Assembly: GCA_031259845.1 (NCBI GenBank)
Contig: JAIRKZ010000100.1
Location: forward strand, 809-64,808
Direction: 5' to 3'
Source: Tannerellaceae bacterium
GTDB lineage: Bacteria > Bacteroidota > Bacteroidia > Bacteroidales > Tannerellaceae
DNA: 64,000 bases
The notes beneath the pieces were generated by a model. That model saw only the letters and a program-made list of their open reading frames with translations. It made no database searches and was not told the DNA's origin. This document shows positions 41,412 through 52,074 of this stretch, one piece after another. A program made the position numbers and the translations under genes. How positions within the stretch are numbered: the first letter of the stretch is position 1; the number at the start of each line of letters is the position of its first letter.

Positions 41412-41432
41412 CAGCGCTCAAAAATAAAGGAT

Positions 41433-41969
41433 ATGGAAAGGATTCGGCTAAAGGATAAAGAGTTTAAATTGTATATTCCTGAAAAGGATATAAAGAAAGC
41501 AATAGAAAAGGTAGCCATTCAGATAAAGAATGATATTGAAGGTACGAATCCGTTGTTTGTAGGGATATTAAATGGCGCTTTTATGTTTATTGCCGATATA
41601 ATGTATTATCTGAATGGCCCCTACGAGCTTACGTTTGCAAGGTATGCTTCTTATCAGGGAACAAGTACGTCGGGAAATATAGTGGAAATTATGCCGGTGA
41701 AGTCGGACGTTAAAGGGCGTTCCATTATTTTATTGGAAGATATTATTGATACCGGTTTTACGATGAAACATATCATCCGGAAGCTGAAGAATGATGGGGC
41801 TTCCGATGTTAAGCTGGCTACGATGCTTTTTAAACCGGACGCTTTGCAGCATGATATTAAGCCAGACTATGTGGGGATGGAAATATCGAATGACTTTATT
41901 GTGGGGTATGGACTGGATTATGATGAATTAGGCCGTGCATACCGGGATATATATATAATAGCAGAATAA
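41433..41969 (+). CDS. hpt: hypoxanthine phosphoribosyltransferase
   Basis: Start moved to ATG 41433; GILNGAFMF, LLEDIIDTGFT PRPP loop, FIVGYGLDY. Confidence 0.93.
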   Translation: MERIRLKDKEFKLYIPEKDIKKAIEKVAIQIKNDIEGTNPLFVGILNGAFMFIADIMYYLNGPYELTFARYASYQGTSTSGNIVEIMPVKSDVKGRSIILLEDIIDTGFTMKHIIRKLKNDGASDVKLATMLFKPDALQHDIKPDYVGMEISNDFIVGYGLDYDELGRAYRDIYIIAE

Positions 41970-41998
41970 TATCCTGTTAATAATAAACCAAAGATGAT

Positions 41999-42583
41999 AT
42001 GTTGAATGTAGTGATTTTTGGCGCTCCAGGCTCAGGAAAAGGAACGCAGAGCGATTTAATTATTAAGGAATTCGGGTTGGAACATATTTCAACAGGCGAT
42101 GTGTTGCGCGCTGAAATAAAAGAAGGAACGGAATTAGGGAAAATAGCGAATGATTACATCTCGAAAGGGCAACTTGTCCCCGACGAATTAATTATTGATA
42201 TGCTTGCCAATGTGTTAGACAGTAAGGAAAATTCAAAAGGCGTTATTTTTGATGGTTTCCCCCGTACAATACCGCAGGCGGAAGCCCTAAAGAAAATGTT
42301 GAACGAACGCGGTACGGATGTAACGCTGATGATAAACCTGCACGTTGAAGAAGGCGAACTGATTAATCGTTTGCTGGAACGGGGCAAAAGCTCCGGGCGT
42401 TCGGACGATAATATTGATACGATTAAGTCCAGACTGGAAGTTTATCATTCGCAGACGGCTCCTTTAGCCGAATATTATATCAAAGAAGGCAAACACCATA
42501 CAATAAAAGGAGTGGGTACGATTGAAGAAATATTTGAAAGAATAAAAGAGAGAATAAAAGAGAGAATAAATATACATTTATAA
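41999..42583 (+). CDS. adk: adenylate kinase (short-LID type)
   Basis: [38 protein letters not shown]. Confidence 0.96.
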   Translation: MLNVVIFGAPGSGKGTQSDLIIKEFGLEHISTGDVLRAEIKEGTELGKIANDYISKGQLVPDELIIDMLANVLDSKENSKGVIFDGFPRTIPQAEALKKMLNERGTDVTLMINLHVEEGELINRLLERGKSSGRSDDNIDTIKSRLEVYHSQTAPLAEYYIKEGKHHTIKGVGTIEEIFERIKERIKERINIHL

Positions 42584-42587
42584 TAAG

Positions 42588-43730
42588 GTGGCTGAATCGA
42601 ATTTTGTAGATTATGTAAAGATATACTGCCGCTCGGGAAAAGGGGGGAGAGGTTCCTCTCATTTCCGGAGGGAGAAGTATATACCCAAAGGCGGCCCTGA
42701 CGGAGGCGACGGCGGAAAAGGAGGTAGCGTTTATATCAGGGGTAACCGGAACTACTGGACATTGCTCCATTTGAAATTCGAACGGCATATTTTTGCAACG
42801 AGTGGCGGAAGTGGAAGCGCCAAACGCAGTTCGGGGAAAGACGGAGAAGACCGTATCATTGAAGTGCCTTGCGGAACCGTTGTCTTTGATGCGGATACCG
42901 GAGCCTATATCTGCGATATAACAGAAGATAAACAAGAGGTTCTTTTATTAAAAGGAGGTCGTGGAGGATTAGGAAACTGGAACTTTAAAACGTCTACCAA
43001 CCAGGCCCCCCGTTATGCCCAGCCCGGCGAACCGGCGCTGGAACGTTCGGTTATACTTCAACTGAAACTGTTGGCCGACGTGGGATTGGTCGGTTTTCCT
43101 AATGCGGGAAAATCTACGTTGCTGTCTGTTGTCTCGGCTGCAAAACCTAAGATAGCCAATTATCCCTTTACCACATTGGAACCTAATTTGGGGATTGTCA
43201 GCTATCGCGACAACCGTTCGTTTGTAATGGCGGATATTCCGGGTATCATAGAAGGGGCGAGCGAAGGCAAAGGATTGGGATTGCGTTTCCTTCGACATAT
43301 AGAACGTAACTCCTTGCTTCTGTTTATGATTCCGGCGGATACCGGCGATATAAAAGCAGAATACGAAATATTACATAATGAACTGGTAAAATATAATCCT
43401 GAATTATTGACAAAGAGCCGGGTATTAGCCATTACGAAAGTTGATATGCTTGATGATGAACTAATAAAGGCATTGTCGGAAGAATTACCCGGAAATATTC
43501 CTTCTGTTTTTATTTCATCCGTGACAGGAGCGGGTATTGCAGAACTGAAAGATATTTTATGGAATGAACTGAATAAAGAAACATTCCACGATACCGGAAG
43601 CATAGTCCATAAAAACATGGATTTGAGTATGTGCCCAATAATAGATGACGAGGATGATATTGCATTTCCCGCAGACGATGATGACAACGATTGGGATGAG
43701 GAGGATGAAGAATACGATGGCGATAAATGA
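42588..43730 (+). CDS. obgE: GTPase ObgE/CgtA
   Basis: [43 protein letters not shown], acidic tail. Confidence 0.97.
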   Translation: MAESNFVDYVKIYCRSGKGGRGSSHFRREKYIPKGGPDGGDGGKGGSVYIRGNRNYWTLLHLKFERHIFATSGGSGSAKRSSGKDGEDRIIEVPCGTVVFDADTGAYICDITEDKQEVLLLKGGRGGLGNWNFKTSTNQAPRYAQPGEPALERSVILQLKLLADVGLVGFPNAGKSTLLSVVSAAKPKIANYPFTTLEPNLGIVSYRDNRSFVMADIPGIIEGASEGKGLGLRFLRHIERNSLLLFMIPADTGDIKAEYEILHNELVKYNPELLTKSRVLAITKVDMLDDELIKALSEELPGNIPSVFISSVTGAGIAELKDILWNELNKETFHDTGSIVHKNMDLSMCPIIDDEDDIAFPADDDDNDWDEEDEEYDGDK

Positions 43731-43733
43731 AAG

Positions 43734-44402
43734 ATGATACAAATCAGTATATCCGAAGAAGTAGCGAAGGTATGTCCGGATTTGCATATCCTGGCCTTAT
43801 CATGTGATGTTATCAATACGGAATCGGATGTTCGGTTGTGGGAAGAGATAACGGCCCTTGAACATACCCTGAAGGAAAACTGCAAGCTGGAAGATATTAA
43901 CCGGTTACTCCCTGTCAAAGCCACCCGCCAGGCATATAAAAAATTAGGGAAAGACCCGAACAGGTACCGTCCTTCCGCCGAAGCGCTTTATCGCCGTATC
44001 CTTCGCGGATTGCCGCTTTATAAGATAAATACGTTAGTAGATATCGTAAATCTGGTTTCTGTCAAAAGCGCTTATTCCATTGGTGCGTTTGATATGGATA
44101 AAGTGAAAGGAGGCAGGCTTATACTCGGCGTAGGACAAGAAGGCGAAAAGTATCATGCAATCGGAAGAGGGGAATTAAACATTGCCGGTTTGCCGGTTTA
44201 TCGTGATGAGCAGGGTGGTATCGGGACGCCGACAAGCGATGAGGAACGGACAAAGATAGAACTCCAAACAACCCGCTTGTTAATGCTCGTGAATGGCTAT
44301 TCGGGTTTGGAAGGGCTGGAAGAAACCGGCAATTATGCATGGGAATTACTAAAAAGGTATGCCTCTGCAACAAACCCTGAGTATGGGATGATTGCACCCT
44401 GA
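43734..44402 (+). CDS. B3/B4 domain protein (PheT-related, putative tRNA editing)
   Basis: YKKLGKDPNRYRPSAEAL, INTLVDIVNLVS, GAFDMD, GTPTSDEERT. Confidence 0.88.
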   Translation: MIQISISEEVAKVCPDLHILALSCDVINTESDVRLWEEITALEHTLKENCKLEDINRLLPVKATRQAYKKLGKDPNRYRPSAEALYRRILRGLPLYKINTLVDIVNLVSVKSAYSIGAFDMDKVKGGRLILGVGQEGEKYHAIGRGELNIAGLPVYRDEQGGIGTPTSDEERTKIELQTTRLLMLVNGYSGLEGLEETGNYAWELLKRYASATNPEYGMIAP

Positions 44403-44492
44403 TTACGAAATAAGATGCTGTTGGCAAAATATTAATCGCTTTTCTTTCTACATGAACATATTATGTCTATTTTTGTCTGTGTTTAATGAAAA

Positions 44493-44705
44493 ATGGCAAA
44501 AGCAATGATTGAATTAATTGGGACAAATGCCGGCCTCGTATGGAAAACGTTGCATGAAGGTGGTAAATTAACTGTAAAAGACGTAAAGAAAGCAACTAAA
44601 ATCAGAGCGGATAAAGATGTGTATACCGCTTTGGGTTGGCTGGCAAAAGAAGGCAAATTAGCCTTTGAAGAAAAAGATGGAGATATTTTCGTTTCGCTTG
44701 TCTAA
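44493..44705 (+). CDS. DUF2582-like small winged-helix protein
   Basis: IGTNAGLVW..L, ALGWLAKEGK. Confidence 0.85.
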   Translation: MAKAMIELIGTNAGLVWKTLHEGGKLTVKDVKKATKIRADKDVYTALGWLAKEGKLAFEEKDGDIFVSLV

Positions 44706-44728
44706 GAAAAGAAACGATTGAAGTTGGC

Positions 44729-44761
44729 AAAGGCTGTTCGAGAAATTGGACAGCCTTTTTT
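44729..44761 (+). terminator. intrinsic terminator
   Basis: AAAGGCTGTTC...GGACAGCCTTTTTT. Confidence 0.75.
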
Positions 44762-44851
44762 ATGTGTGCCGGTATGTATAGTAAAATAATTAATAATATA
44801 AGTTGCCTGTTTCAAATCAAAAAACTACTTTTGTGAAGAATTTGGCGTAAA

Positions 44852-45145
44852 ATGACCGATGATCAGAAAAGATTGTTAGCTGTTTTTGAAGTCAGGGTAC
44901 GTGACCTGATGGCGTTGTGCAATCAGCAAAAACAAGAGATACAAGGACTTACAAATACTTTGAATTCGAAAGATGATGAGCTTAAGCAAGCAATGAAAAC
45001 GATCAGAGAATTAGAAGCCAAATGTGACAGTATGCTGATAGCGGGGATTGTTTCTTTAAAAGAAAAAGAAATAAAAAGCGCTAGAACGCGGCTGTCGAAT
45101 TTAGTGCGGGAAGTAGACAAGTGCATTGCATTATTAAATGAATAG
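44852..45145 (+). CDS. coiled-coil protein upstream of zapA (ZapB-like)
   Basis: Heptad-rich; C-terminal LVREVDKCIALLNE; position before zapA. Confidence 0.75.
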   Translation: MTDDQKRLLAVFEVRVRDLMALCNQQKQEIQGLTNTLNSKDDELKQAMKTIRELEAKCDSMLIAGIVSLKEKEIKSARTRLSNLVREVDKCIALLNE

Positions 45146-45150
45146 AGGCG

Positions 45151-45450
45151 ATGGACGAAAATAAATTTCTTATACATGTAAAAATAGCAGAAAAAACATA
45201 CGGTTTATGGATTTATCGGAATGACGAACAATTAACTCGTGACGCAGCAAAACAAATTGCAGAGAAGATAGATCAATACAGGGCTGTTTTTTTAAGCGAA
45301 GAAGTAGATGTTAAGGATTTATTAGCGATGGTGACACTCCAATTGTCAATAGAGAACCTGAGGTTGGAGGAAAAAAATGATACCACACCTTTCACAAATA
45401 AGATCCAAGAATTAACAAATGTATTGGAGACGTACTTGAAAGACATGTAA
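45151..45450 (+). CDS. zapA: cell division protein ZapA
   Basis: IHVKIAEKTYGL.I...DEQLTRDAAK.I, DLLAMV; zapA-rny synteny. Confidence 0.85.
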   Translation: MDENKFLIHVKIAEKTYGLWIYRNDEQLTRDAAKQIAEKIDQYRAVFLSEEVDVKDLLAMVTLQLSIENLRLEEKNDTTPFTNKIQELTNVLETYLKDM

Positions 45451-45480
45451 TAGCTTACCGGGTTATTCAACTTATTTTCC

Positions 45481-45522
45481 GCACAACATGCACAGTTACT
45501 GTGTAGTGGATGTGCTTTTTTT
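45481..45522 (+). terminator. hairpin plus T-tract between zapA and rny
   Basis: GCACA..TGCACAG-TTA-CTGTGTA..TGTGC followed by T7. Confidence 0.45.
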
Positions 45523-45557
45523 ATGTTATAAATATATATGAATTAATTTTTGTATAA

Positions 45558-47093
45558 ATGGAACTGACTATAATTATATCAATAGTAACCTTTATAACTG
45601 GAGGTTTACTGACATGGCTGGGGATTCACTCCCTTTTTAAATCCAAGTGTAAAACATTGCTTAGTGAAGCGGAAAAAGAAGCGGAGGCAATGAAAAAGGA
45701 CAAGTTGCTCGAGGTGAAAGAAAAATTTCTGCATTTGAAAGCCGATTTGGAAAAGCAGGTTTCGGCACGAAACGCTAAAATACAATCGACAGAAGCGAAG
45801 TTGAAACAAAAAGAATTGGGCATCAACCAACGGCATGAAGAGCTTCAGCGTAGAAATTCCGAAATAGATGCGATAAAGGAAAACCTGAATATGCAGCTTG
45901 ACCTGGTGGAAAAAAAGAAACAAGACCTTGATAAACTGCGCCAGAAAGAAGTTGAACATTTGGAAGTGTTATCCGGCTTATCGGCAGACGAAGCAAAAGA
46001 ACGCCTGGTAGAATCGCTAAAAGACGAAGCCAAATCACAAGCCGCTTCTTTTATCAGTGAAATTGTGGAAGAAGCGAAAATGACAGCGAATAAAGAAGCT
46101 AAAAAAATTGTTATCCAATCCATCCAACGGGTTGCCACCGAAACGGCGATAGAAAACTCAATTACGGTATTCCATATAGAATCCGATGAAATAAAAGGCC
46201 GCATCATTGGCCGTGAAGGGCGTAATATCCGTGCATTGGAAGCTGCTACAGGAATAGAAATAGTGGTAGATGATACGCCGGAAGCGATCGTTTTATCAGG
46301 ATTTGACCCGGTACGCCGCGAAGTGGCCCGTTTGGCCCTTCATCAATTGGTGCAAGACGGGCGTATCCATCCGGCCCGGATAGAAGAAGTAGTTGCCAAA
46401 GTACGCAAACAGGTGGAAGAAGAAGTAATAGAAACAGGTAAACGTACTACGATAGACTTAGGCATACATGGACTGCATCCCGAATTGATCCGTTTGATAG
46501 GAAAGATGAAATACCGTTCTTCTTACGGGCAAAACCTGTTGCAACACGCACGGGAAACGGCGAATCTTTGCGCTGTTATGGCCTCTGAGTTAGGATTAAA
46601 TCCCAAAAAAGCCAGACGGGCCGGGTTATTGCATGATATAGGCAAAGTGCCTGATGATGAACCGGAATTGCCGCACGCTATTCTCGGCATGAAATTATGT
46701 GAGAAGTATAAGGAAAAACCAGACATCTGTAATGCCATAGGTTCTCACCATGATGAAATAGAAATGCAATCCTTACTGGCTCCGATTGTTCAGGTATGCG
46801 ATGCCATTTCGGGAGCGCGTCCGGGCGCTCGCCGGGAAATTGTGGAGGCATACATCAAACGCTTAAACGATTTGGAACAATTAGCGTTAAGCTATCCGGG
46901 CGTAGTAAAGACGTATGCTATTCAGGCAGGGCGCGAATTACGCGTAATTGTAGGAGCTGATAAGATAGACGATAAAGATACTGAAAACCTGTCTAATGAA
47001 ATTGCAAAGAAGATTCAGGATGAGATGACTTATCCGGGACAGGTTAAGATTACGGTTATTCGTGAAACCCGCGCTGTGAGCTACGCCAAGTAA
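45558..47093 (+). CDS. rny: ribonuclease Y
   Basis: N-terminal TM, coiled coil, KH motif [15 protein letters not shown] motif [18 protein letters not shown]. Confidence 0.97.
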   Translation: MELTIIISIVTFITGGLLTWLGIHSLFKSKCKTLLSEAEKEAEAMKKDKLLEVKEKFLHLKADLEKQVSARNAKIQSTEAKLKQKELGINQRHEELQRRNSEIDAIKENLNMQLDLVEKKKQDLDKLRQKEVEHLEVLSGLSADEAKERLVESLKDEAKSQAASFISEIVEEAKMTANKEAKKIVIQSIQRVATETAIENSITVFHIESDEIKGRIIGREGRNIRALEAATGIEIVVDDTPEAIVLSGFDPVRREVARLALHQLVQDGRIHPARIEEVVAKVRKQVEEEVIETGKRTTIDLGIHGLHPELIRLIGKMKYRSSYGQNLLQHARETANLCAVMASELGLNPKKARRAGLLHDIGKVPDDEPELPHAILGMKLCEKYKEKPDICNAIGSHHDEIEMQSLLAPIVQVCDAISGARPGARREIVEAYIKRLNDLEQLALSYPGVVKTYAIQAGRELRVIVGADKIDDKDTENLSNEIAKKIQDEMTYPGQVKITVIRETRAVSYAK

Positions 47094-47105
47094 GCCCCAT
47101 AGGGC

Positions 47106-48026
47106 TTACATAGCGAGTATTTTATCAAACCGTTTGCTTAGGTCTTTCAGGTCGGCCAACGTTTGGGAATTGCCCTGTTCGGTTGTAAGCCATCCGCCGT
47201 TATAGCTTCTATGGGCTTCATCCATCACGCTTTTCCAGTCTACGTCGCCTTCGGTCAGTTTTACATTGAATCCGGCCCAACGGCCTTGTTTGTCGGCTTC
47301 CTGTTTGCTGAACTCTTTGATATGGATTCGTCCGATACGTTTTCCCAATATACGAATCCATTGTTCCGCCCAGCCGTAGACAAGAATATTACCGCAATCG
47401 AAGTAGAAGCGTACATAATCGCTGTTAAACTGGTCTACATAGTTACAGGCTTCCATCGGGCTTAACAGAAAATTATTCCATACGTTTTCTATACATATCT
47501 TTACGTTCAGTTTTTCGGCTACAGGCAATAGTTGCCTGATGCTTTCAACAGAACGGTTCCAACATTCATCATAACGAACCGTTTCATTAACAACTCCGGG
47601 AACGAGGAGAACAGCGTCGGTTCCGTATGCTTTTGCATCTTCCAATGCAACAATCATTCCGTCGATACCTTTCTGTCGGACAGAAGCGTCGGGATGCGAA
47701 AGAGGATTTTCCCAATGTGTGGAACAGCACACGCTGGAGGCGATTAATCCGATAGACTTCATAGCAGACGATACTTCATTTCTGTCCATGTGACTGTTCG
47801 GTTCGATACCGTCGTATCCGGCTTCTTTGATGGCTTTGCATTTATCAAGTACCGAACCTTCTAATCCTACTGTTCCCCACATGACAGACTTCTTGAAGCG
47901 GGTAGTTGCCGCGAATGGGGGAGAAGCAACGGGAGCGTTTCCGGCAAACAGATTCTCCCCTGCGGAAGAGAATGCAAATGCCCCGGTAGCTAATAATGTG
48001 TTTTTAATAAAATTGCGTCGTTCCAT
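47106..48026 (-). CDS. Tat-exported sugar phosphate isomerase/epimerase (xylose-isomerase-like TIM barrel)
   Basis: ERRNFIK Tat motif; GYDGIE, LLVPG, IENVWNNFLLSP, FDCGN, HIKEF. Confidence 0.88.
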   Translation of the reverse strand: MERRNFIKNTLLATGAFAFSSAGENLFAGNAPVASPPFAATTRFKKSVMWGTVGLEGSVLDKCKAIKEAGYDGIEPNSHMDRNEVSSAMKSIGLIASSVCCSTHWENPLSHPDASVRQKGIDGMIVALEDAKAYGTDAVLLVPGVVNETVRYDECWNRSVESIRQLLPVAEKLNVKICIENVWNNFLLSPMEACNYVDQFNSDYVRFYFDCGNILVYGWAEQWIRILGKRIGRIHIKEFSKQEADKQGRWAGFNVKLTEGDVDWKSVMDEAHRSYNGGWLTTEQGNSQTLADLKDLSKRFDKILAM

Positions 48027-48037
48027 GGTGTGTAAGA

Positions 48038-49396
48038 TTAAGCATTAGGTGGCGTTCCGGCCACAGGAATAATTTCTTTGATTTCGGCGACAGGCCCGAA
48101 CTGATACGTTTCCGGCCCGAGTTTCATATCAGACGCCAGCATCTGGTCCCAGGTTACGAACTTACCTGTGTAGGCAGATTCGCGCCCCATAATAGCCATA
48201 AGGGTAGATTGAACATGCAGCTCCGTATCATTTACCGGCTTATTTGTACGGATGGCTGTTACTAAGCGGATCAGTTCCTGCACATAAGGATCGGGAACGG
48301 CCATAGACTGGTCTGCATCTTCCGGTTTGGGATGCGGGTATTGCCAGACAATAGAACCATCAAGATGGTATATTGTGTCGAAACAATTCGTATACCCTTT
48401 TGTGCCGTAAACCAAAACGGAATGATTATAATCGCATCCGTTTATCTGGCGGGATGTACAATGCGCCCGATGACCATTATCATACACATATTCTATACTG
48501 AAAAAGTCGTACATATCCCCCGTTACCCGGCGTTGCCTGCCTCCTGTCGCTTCGGCTCTGACGGGTTTCTTATCGCCCAGGAACCACGACATCATATCTA
48601 TTTCGTGTATAAACTGTTCCACAACAAGGTCTCCCGACGTCCAGCAGAAGTTTACCCAGTTGCGCAACATATATTCCATATCGTTCCATTCGGGGCGGCG
48701 TTGCACAAACCATAATGCGCCTCCCAGACGGGTTACATGGGCTGAAACAATCTCGCCAATGGCGCCCCCTGCTACCCGGCGGTATGTTTCGATGCAGTCT
48801 TTTTGCGAACGGCGGATTGTTCCGCTGATAACCGACAGACCTTTCTGCCCGGCTCTTTTGCCAAGTACCATCATTTGCTTCGCTCCCACGGGGTCTACGG
48901 CGCATGGTTTTTCAATAAAGCAATGCTTGTCTTTATTTATGGCATATTCAAAATGTAAGGGGCGGAATACCGGCGGCGTACATAGAAGCACAACATCAAC
49001 CCCGGAATCTATCACTTTCTGATAGGCGTCGAAACCAAGGAAACAGTTTTCATCGGCAATGTGCTGCCCTTTTTCTTTTAATGTATTCCTGCAAGCGTCT
49101 AACTTATCTGTAAAAACGTCGCCTATTGCCGTAATTTGCAAACCGCTGCCCGCATCAATAAAATTAACGGCCGCTCCGGTTCCACGCCCGCCGCAACCTA
49201 CAAGACCGGCTTTTAACGGTTTGCCTTCCGGGGATGTTTTAAGGATTTCGGGAACTTCTACCTCTTTCCATTTTTCATCTTTTTGAGCCACGCCGGAACA
49301 GCCGCTCAGTAATGCAGGTACCGACATGGCGCCGATAGCTCCGGCGGCTGAGCTTTTGAAGAAATTACGCCGGCTGAATTTTAAATCTTTGTTCAT
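48038..49396 (-). CDS. Tat-exported Gfo/Idh/MocA NAD-dependent oxidoreductase (lipoprotein-like)
   Basis: SRRNFFK, LSGC, GLVGCGGRGTGA, EKP, EQFIHEID. Confidence 0.9.
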   Translation of the reverse strand: MNKDLKFSRRNFFKSSAAGAIGAMSVPALLSGCSGVAQKDEKWKEVEVPEILKTSPEGKPLKAGLVGCGGRGTGAAVNFIDAGSGLQITAIGDVFTDKLDACRNTLKEKGQHIADENCFLGFDAYQKVIDSGVDVVLLCTPPVFRPLHFEYAINKDKHCFIEKPCAVDPVGAKQMMVLGKRAGQKGLSVISGTIRRSQKDCIETYRRVAGGAIGEIVSAHVTRLGGALWFVQRRPEWNDMEYMLRNWVNFCWTSGDLVVEQFIHEIDMMSWFLGDKKPVRAEATGGRQRRVTGDMYDFFSIEYVYDNGHRAHCTSRQINGCDYNHSVLVYGTKGYTNCFDTIYHLDGSIVWQYPHPKPEDADQSMAVPDPYVQELIRLVTAIRTNKPVNDTELHVQSTLMAIMGRESAYTGKFVTWDQMLASDMKLGPETYQFGPVAEIKEIIPVAGTPPNA

Positions 49397-49467
49397 TGTG
49401 TTTTATATTAAGTGTATTTCTTTCAGGTTACTGCAAATATACAAAAGAAAAGTTATATGTTTACGGT

Positions 49468-52074
49468 ATGGAAAAACGATTCTTTATTTATCTGATACTG
49501 TTTATCTCTTTTCTTTTCTCATGCAATACGTATACGGAGGATGCGGAATGGCCGGAAATTACGAAAGAGATGAAACCCTGGACACGCTGGTGGTGGATGG
49601 GAAACGCGGTTGACAGGGATAATCTTACCTGCCAGATGGAAGCGTTAGCTAAAGCCGGGATTGGCGGAATGGAAATTACGCCGGTTTACGGGGTGAAAGG
49701 TGAAGAAGGCAGGTCTATTGATTTCCTTTCGCCGGAATGGATGCGAATGCTGTCGCACACCCAGTCGGAAGCCGGACGATTGGGTATGGGGGTGGATATG
49801 AACATGGGAACAGGCTGGCCTTATGGAGGCCCTTCCGTTACATTAGATGATGCGGCGACAAAAGCTGTTTTTGAAAACGGACGATTGACAATAGGAAAAA
49901 CACGCCAACAGGTAAAACGGGCGGCCCCGGGAGGAAGCGGGTATGTACTCGATCACTTGAACGCCGGAGCGGTAAAGCGTTATATTGATGTATTTGATAA
50001 CGCTTTTTCCTCTTCTCAAACCAATTACCCCAACAGCTTTTTCAATGATTCGTACGAAGTGTATGGCGCAGACTGGACGCCGGAATTACTCAACGAATTT
50101 GAACAAAGAAAGGGATATCGCTTGCAGGATTATTTTACAGAATTGTTGAACGATGGAAATACGGATACATCGGCGCGTATTATTTCCGACTATCGCGAGA
50201 TAGTAGGCGAGTTACTGCGGGAAAACTTTACGGAACAATGGACTGAACGGGCAAATGCAAAAGGGATAAAAACGCGGAACCAGGCGCACGGATCGCCGGC
50301 GAATCTGATTGATATATATGCCTCGGTGGATATTCCGGAATGTGAGTCATTCGGAATTACTGATTTTGACATTCCATTACTTAGAAAAGATTCCATACGA
50401 AAAGAGAATGACGGCGACCCCACGGCCCTGAAATTTGCCTCTTCCGCTGCACATATTACAGGAAAGAAATATACGTCGGCGGAAACGTTTACCTGGTTGA
50501 CGGAACATTTCAGAACATCCTTGTCGCAATGTAAACCGGAGATAGACCAGATGTTTGTTTCCGGTGTGAATCATGTGTATTTCCACGGAACGGCTTATTC
50601 GCCGAAAGATGCCCAATGGCCGGGATGGAAGTTTTATGCCTCGGTAGATATGTCGCCGGCGAATACGATATGGCGCGATGCCCCGGCTTTCTTCCGTTAT
50701 ATTACCCGTGTGCAATCTTTTCTTCAATACGGAATGCCCGATAATGACTTTCTGCTTTATCTTCCGATGTATGATATATGGCATGAGCAACGGGGCGATT
50801 ATTTCCAGACATTCCCTATTCATGGAATGCGCGAGAAACTGCCGGATTTCTATGCAGCGGTTTCCCATATTAAAGAGAATGGCTATGATGTGGATTATAT
50901 CTCAGACCGTTACATACAAAAAACAGCCGCTACGGAACACGGTATGATTAAGGCGCCGGGTGGAACGGCATACAAAGCGCTGATAATACCCTCCGTAAAG
51001 TTAATGCCTCTTCATACGCTGGAAAAGATAATGGCATTGGCGAAAGGAGGGGCGAAAATTATCTTTACAGGGCAATACCCTTCGGATGTGCCGGGTTTTT
51101 CCCTGTTGGCAGAACGGCGGGATAGCCTTGCCAACCTGTTGGCGCAGTTGCCGGTAGAAGATAATTTCGGGGAAACGGGCATTCACCGGTTTGGGAAAGG
51201 AACTATTTTAACAGGAAGCAATTATAAAGAACTGTTTGATAGTTGCCAGGTAGAATCGGAACCATTTAAAACTCATTTTGGAGGAGAATATATTCGCCGT
51301 TCGCATAGGGATGGATACCACTATTTTTTTACCATGTTGCAAAATAAGGAAGTGGATGGCTGGACGCCGCTTGCCGTAGAGGCTGCCGGGGCTATGCTTT
51401 TTGACCCCATGACAGGTAAGTATGGTAAAGCGCAAATCAGGAAAGGGGTAAGACAGACGGAAGTTTTCCTGCAATTAAAACCGGGAGAATCAATTATATT
51501 AAAGACATTTAACCGAAAACATACAGATGTGCCGGAATGGACGTATTATAGAGAAAGCGGAGAAGAATTTACCTTAGCGGATAATTGGAAAATGAGTTTT
51601 ATAGAAAGCGACCCGGCTATAAAAGGTGGTTTCAGTTTGCCGGCATTAGGTTCATGGACCGATTTGGCTGATGATTCATTAGCCGTGAACAGGGGGACGG
51701 CCCGTTACCAAACGTCATTCCTGTTGAACAAAAAAAATAGAGAACCGGAATACCGTTTATGTCTTGGCGACGTACGTGAGAGCGCCCGCGTATATGTAAA
51801 TGGCGCATGGGTTGCCACATTATTTTCAGTCCCTTTCCATGTAAATATCGGCGCTTACTTAAAAGAAGGAGAAAACCGGATAGAAATAGAAGTAACCAAC
51901 CTCCCCGCCAACCGTATCGCCGATTATGACAGGCGAGGCATCCATTGGCGCAAATTCCACGATATTAATTTCGTAAACATTGCCTATAACAGTACACGGT
52001 TTGATACATGGGCTCCCATGCCTTCCGGTTTATTAGGCCCGGTAGTAATTAAAGTAGTCAAAACAGTCAGGTAG
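49468..52074 (+). CDS. GH106-like glycoside hydrolase (alpha-L-rhamnosidase family)
   Basis: Start moved to ATG 49468; KPWTRWWWMG, GIGGMEITP, GTGWPYGGP, FNDSYE, QAHGSP, ETFTW, SGLLGPV. Confidence 0.82.
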   Translation: MEKRFFIYLILFISFLFSCNTYTEDAEWPEITKEMKPWTRWWWMGNAVDRDNLTCQMEALAKAGIGGMEITPVYGVKGEEGRSIDFLSPEWMRMLSHTQSEAGRLGMGVDMNMGTGWPYGGPSVTLDDAATKAVFENGRLTIGKTRQQVKRAAPGGSGYVLDHLNAGAVKRYIDVFDNAFSSSQTNYPNSFFNDSYEVYGADWTPELLNEFEQRKGYRLQDYFTELLNDGNTDTSARIISDYREIVGELLRENFTEQWTERANAKGIKTRNQAHGSPANLIDIYASVDIPECESFGITDFDIPLLRKDSIRKENDGDPTALKFASSAAHITGKKYTSAETFTWLTEHFRTSLSQCKPEIDQMFVSGVNHVYFHGTAYSPKDAQWPGWKFYASVDMSPANTIWRDAPAFFRYITRVQSFLQYGMPDNDFLLYLPMYDIWHEQRGDYFQTFPIHGMREKLPDFYAAVSHIKENGYDVDYISDRYIQKTAATEHGMIKAPGGTAYKALIIPSVKLMPLHTLEKIMALAKGGAKIIFTGQYPSDVPGFSLLAERRDSLANLLAQLPVEDNFGETGIHRFGKGTILTGSNYKELFDSCQVESEPFKTHFGGEYIRRSHRDGYHYFFTMLQNKEVDGWTPLAVEAAGAMLFDPMTGKYGKAQIRKGVRQTEVFLQLKPGESIILKTFNRKHTDVPEWTYYRESGEEFTLADNWKMSFIESDPAIKGGFSLPALGSWTDLADDSLAVNRGTARYQTSFLLNKKNREPEYRLCLGDVRESARVYVNGAWVATLFSVPFHVNIGAYLKEGENRIEIEVTNLPANRIADYDRRGIHWRKFHDINFVNIAYNSTRFDTWAPMPSGLLGPVVIKVVKTVR

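Noticed and set aside
40931-41421. ORFs 40931-41272, 41144-41365 and 41239-41421
   Set aside because: No recognisable motifs; they cross repeats and promoter elements.
43202-43924. 240-aa Ser-rich minus-strand ORF
   Set aside because: Antisense of the acidic obgE tail and the B3/B4 gene.
45451-45557. 6S RNA after zapA
   Set aside because: Gap is only 107 bp, too short for a 6S RNA; one hairpin with a T-tract fits a terminator or attenuator.
47091-47108. Perfect inverted repeat TAAGCCC-CATA-GGGCTTA
   Set aside because: Formed partly by the two convergent stop codons; at most a minimal terminator.
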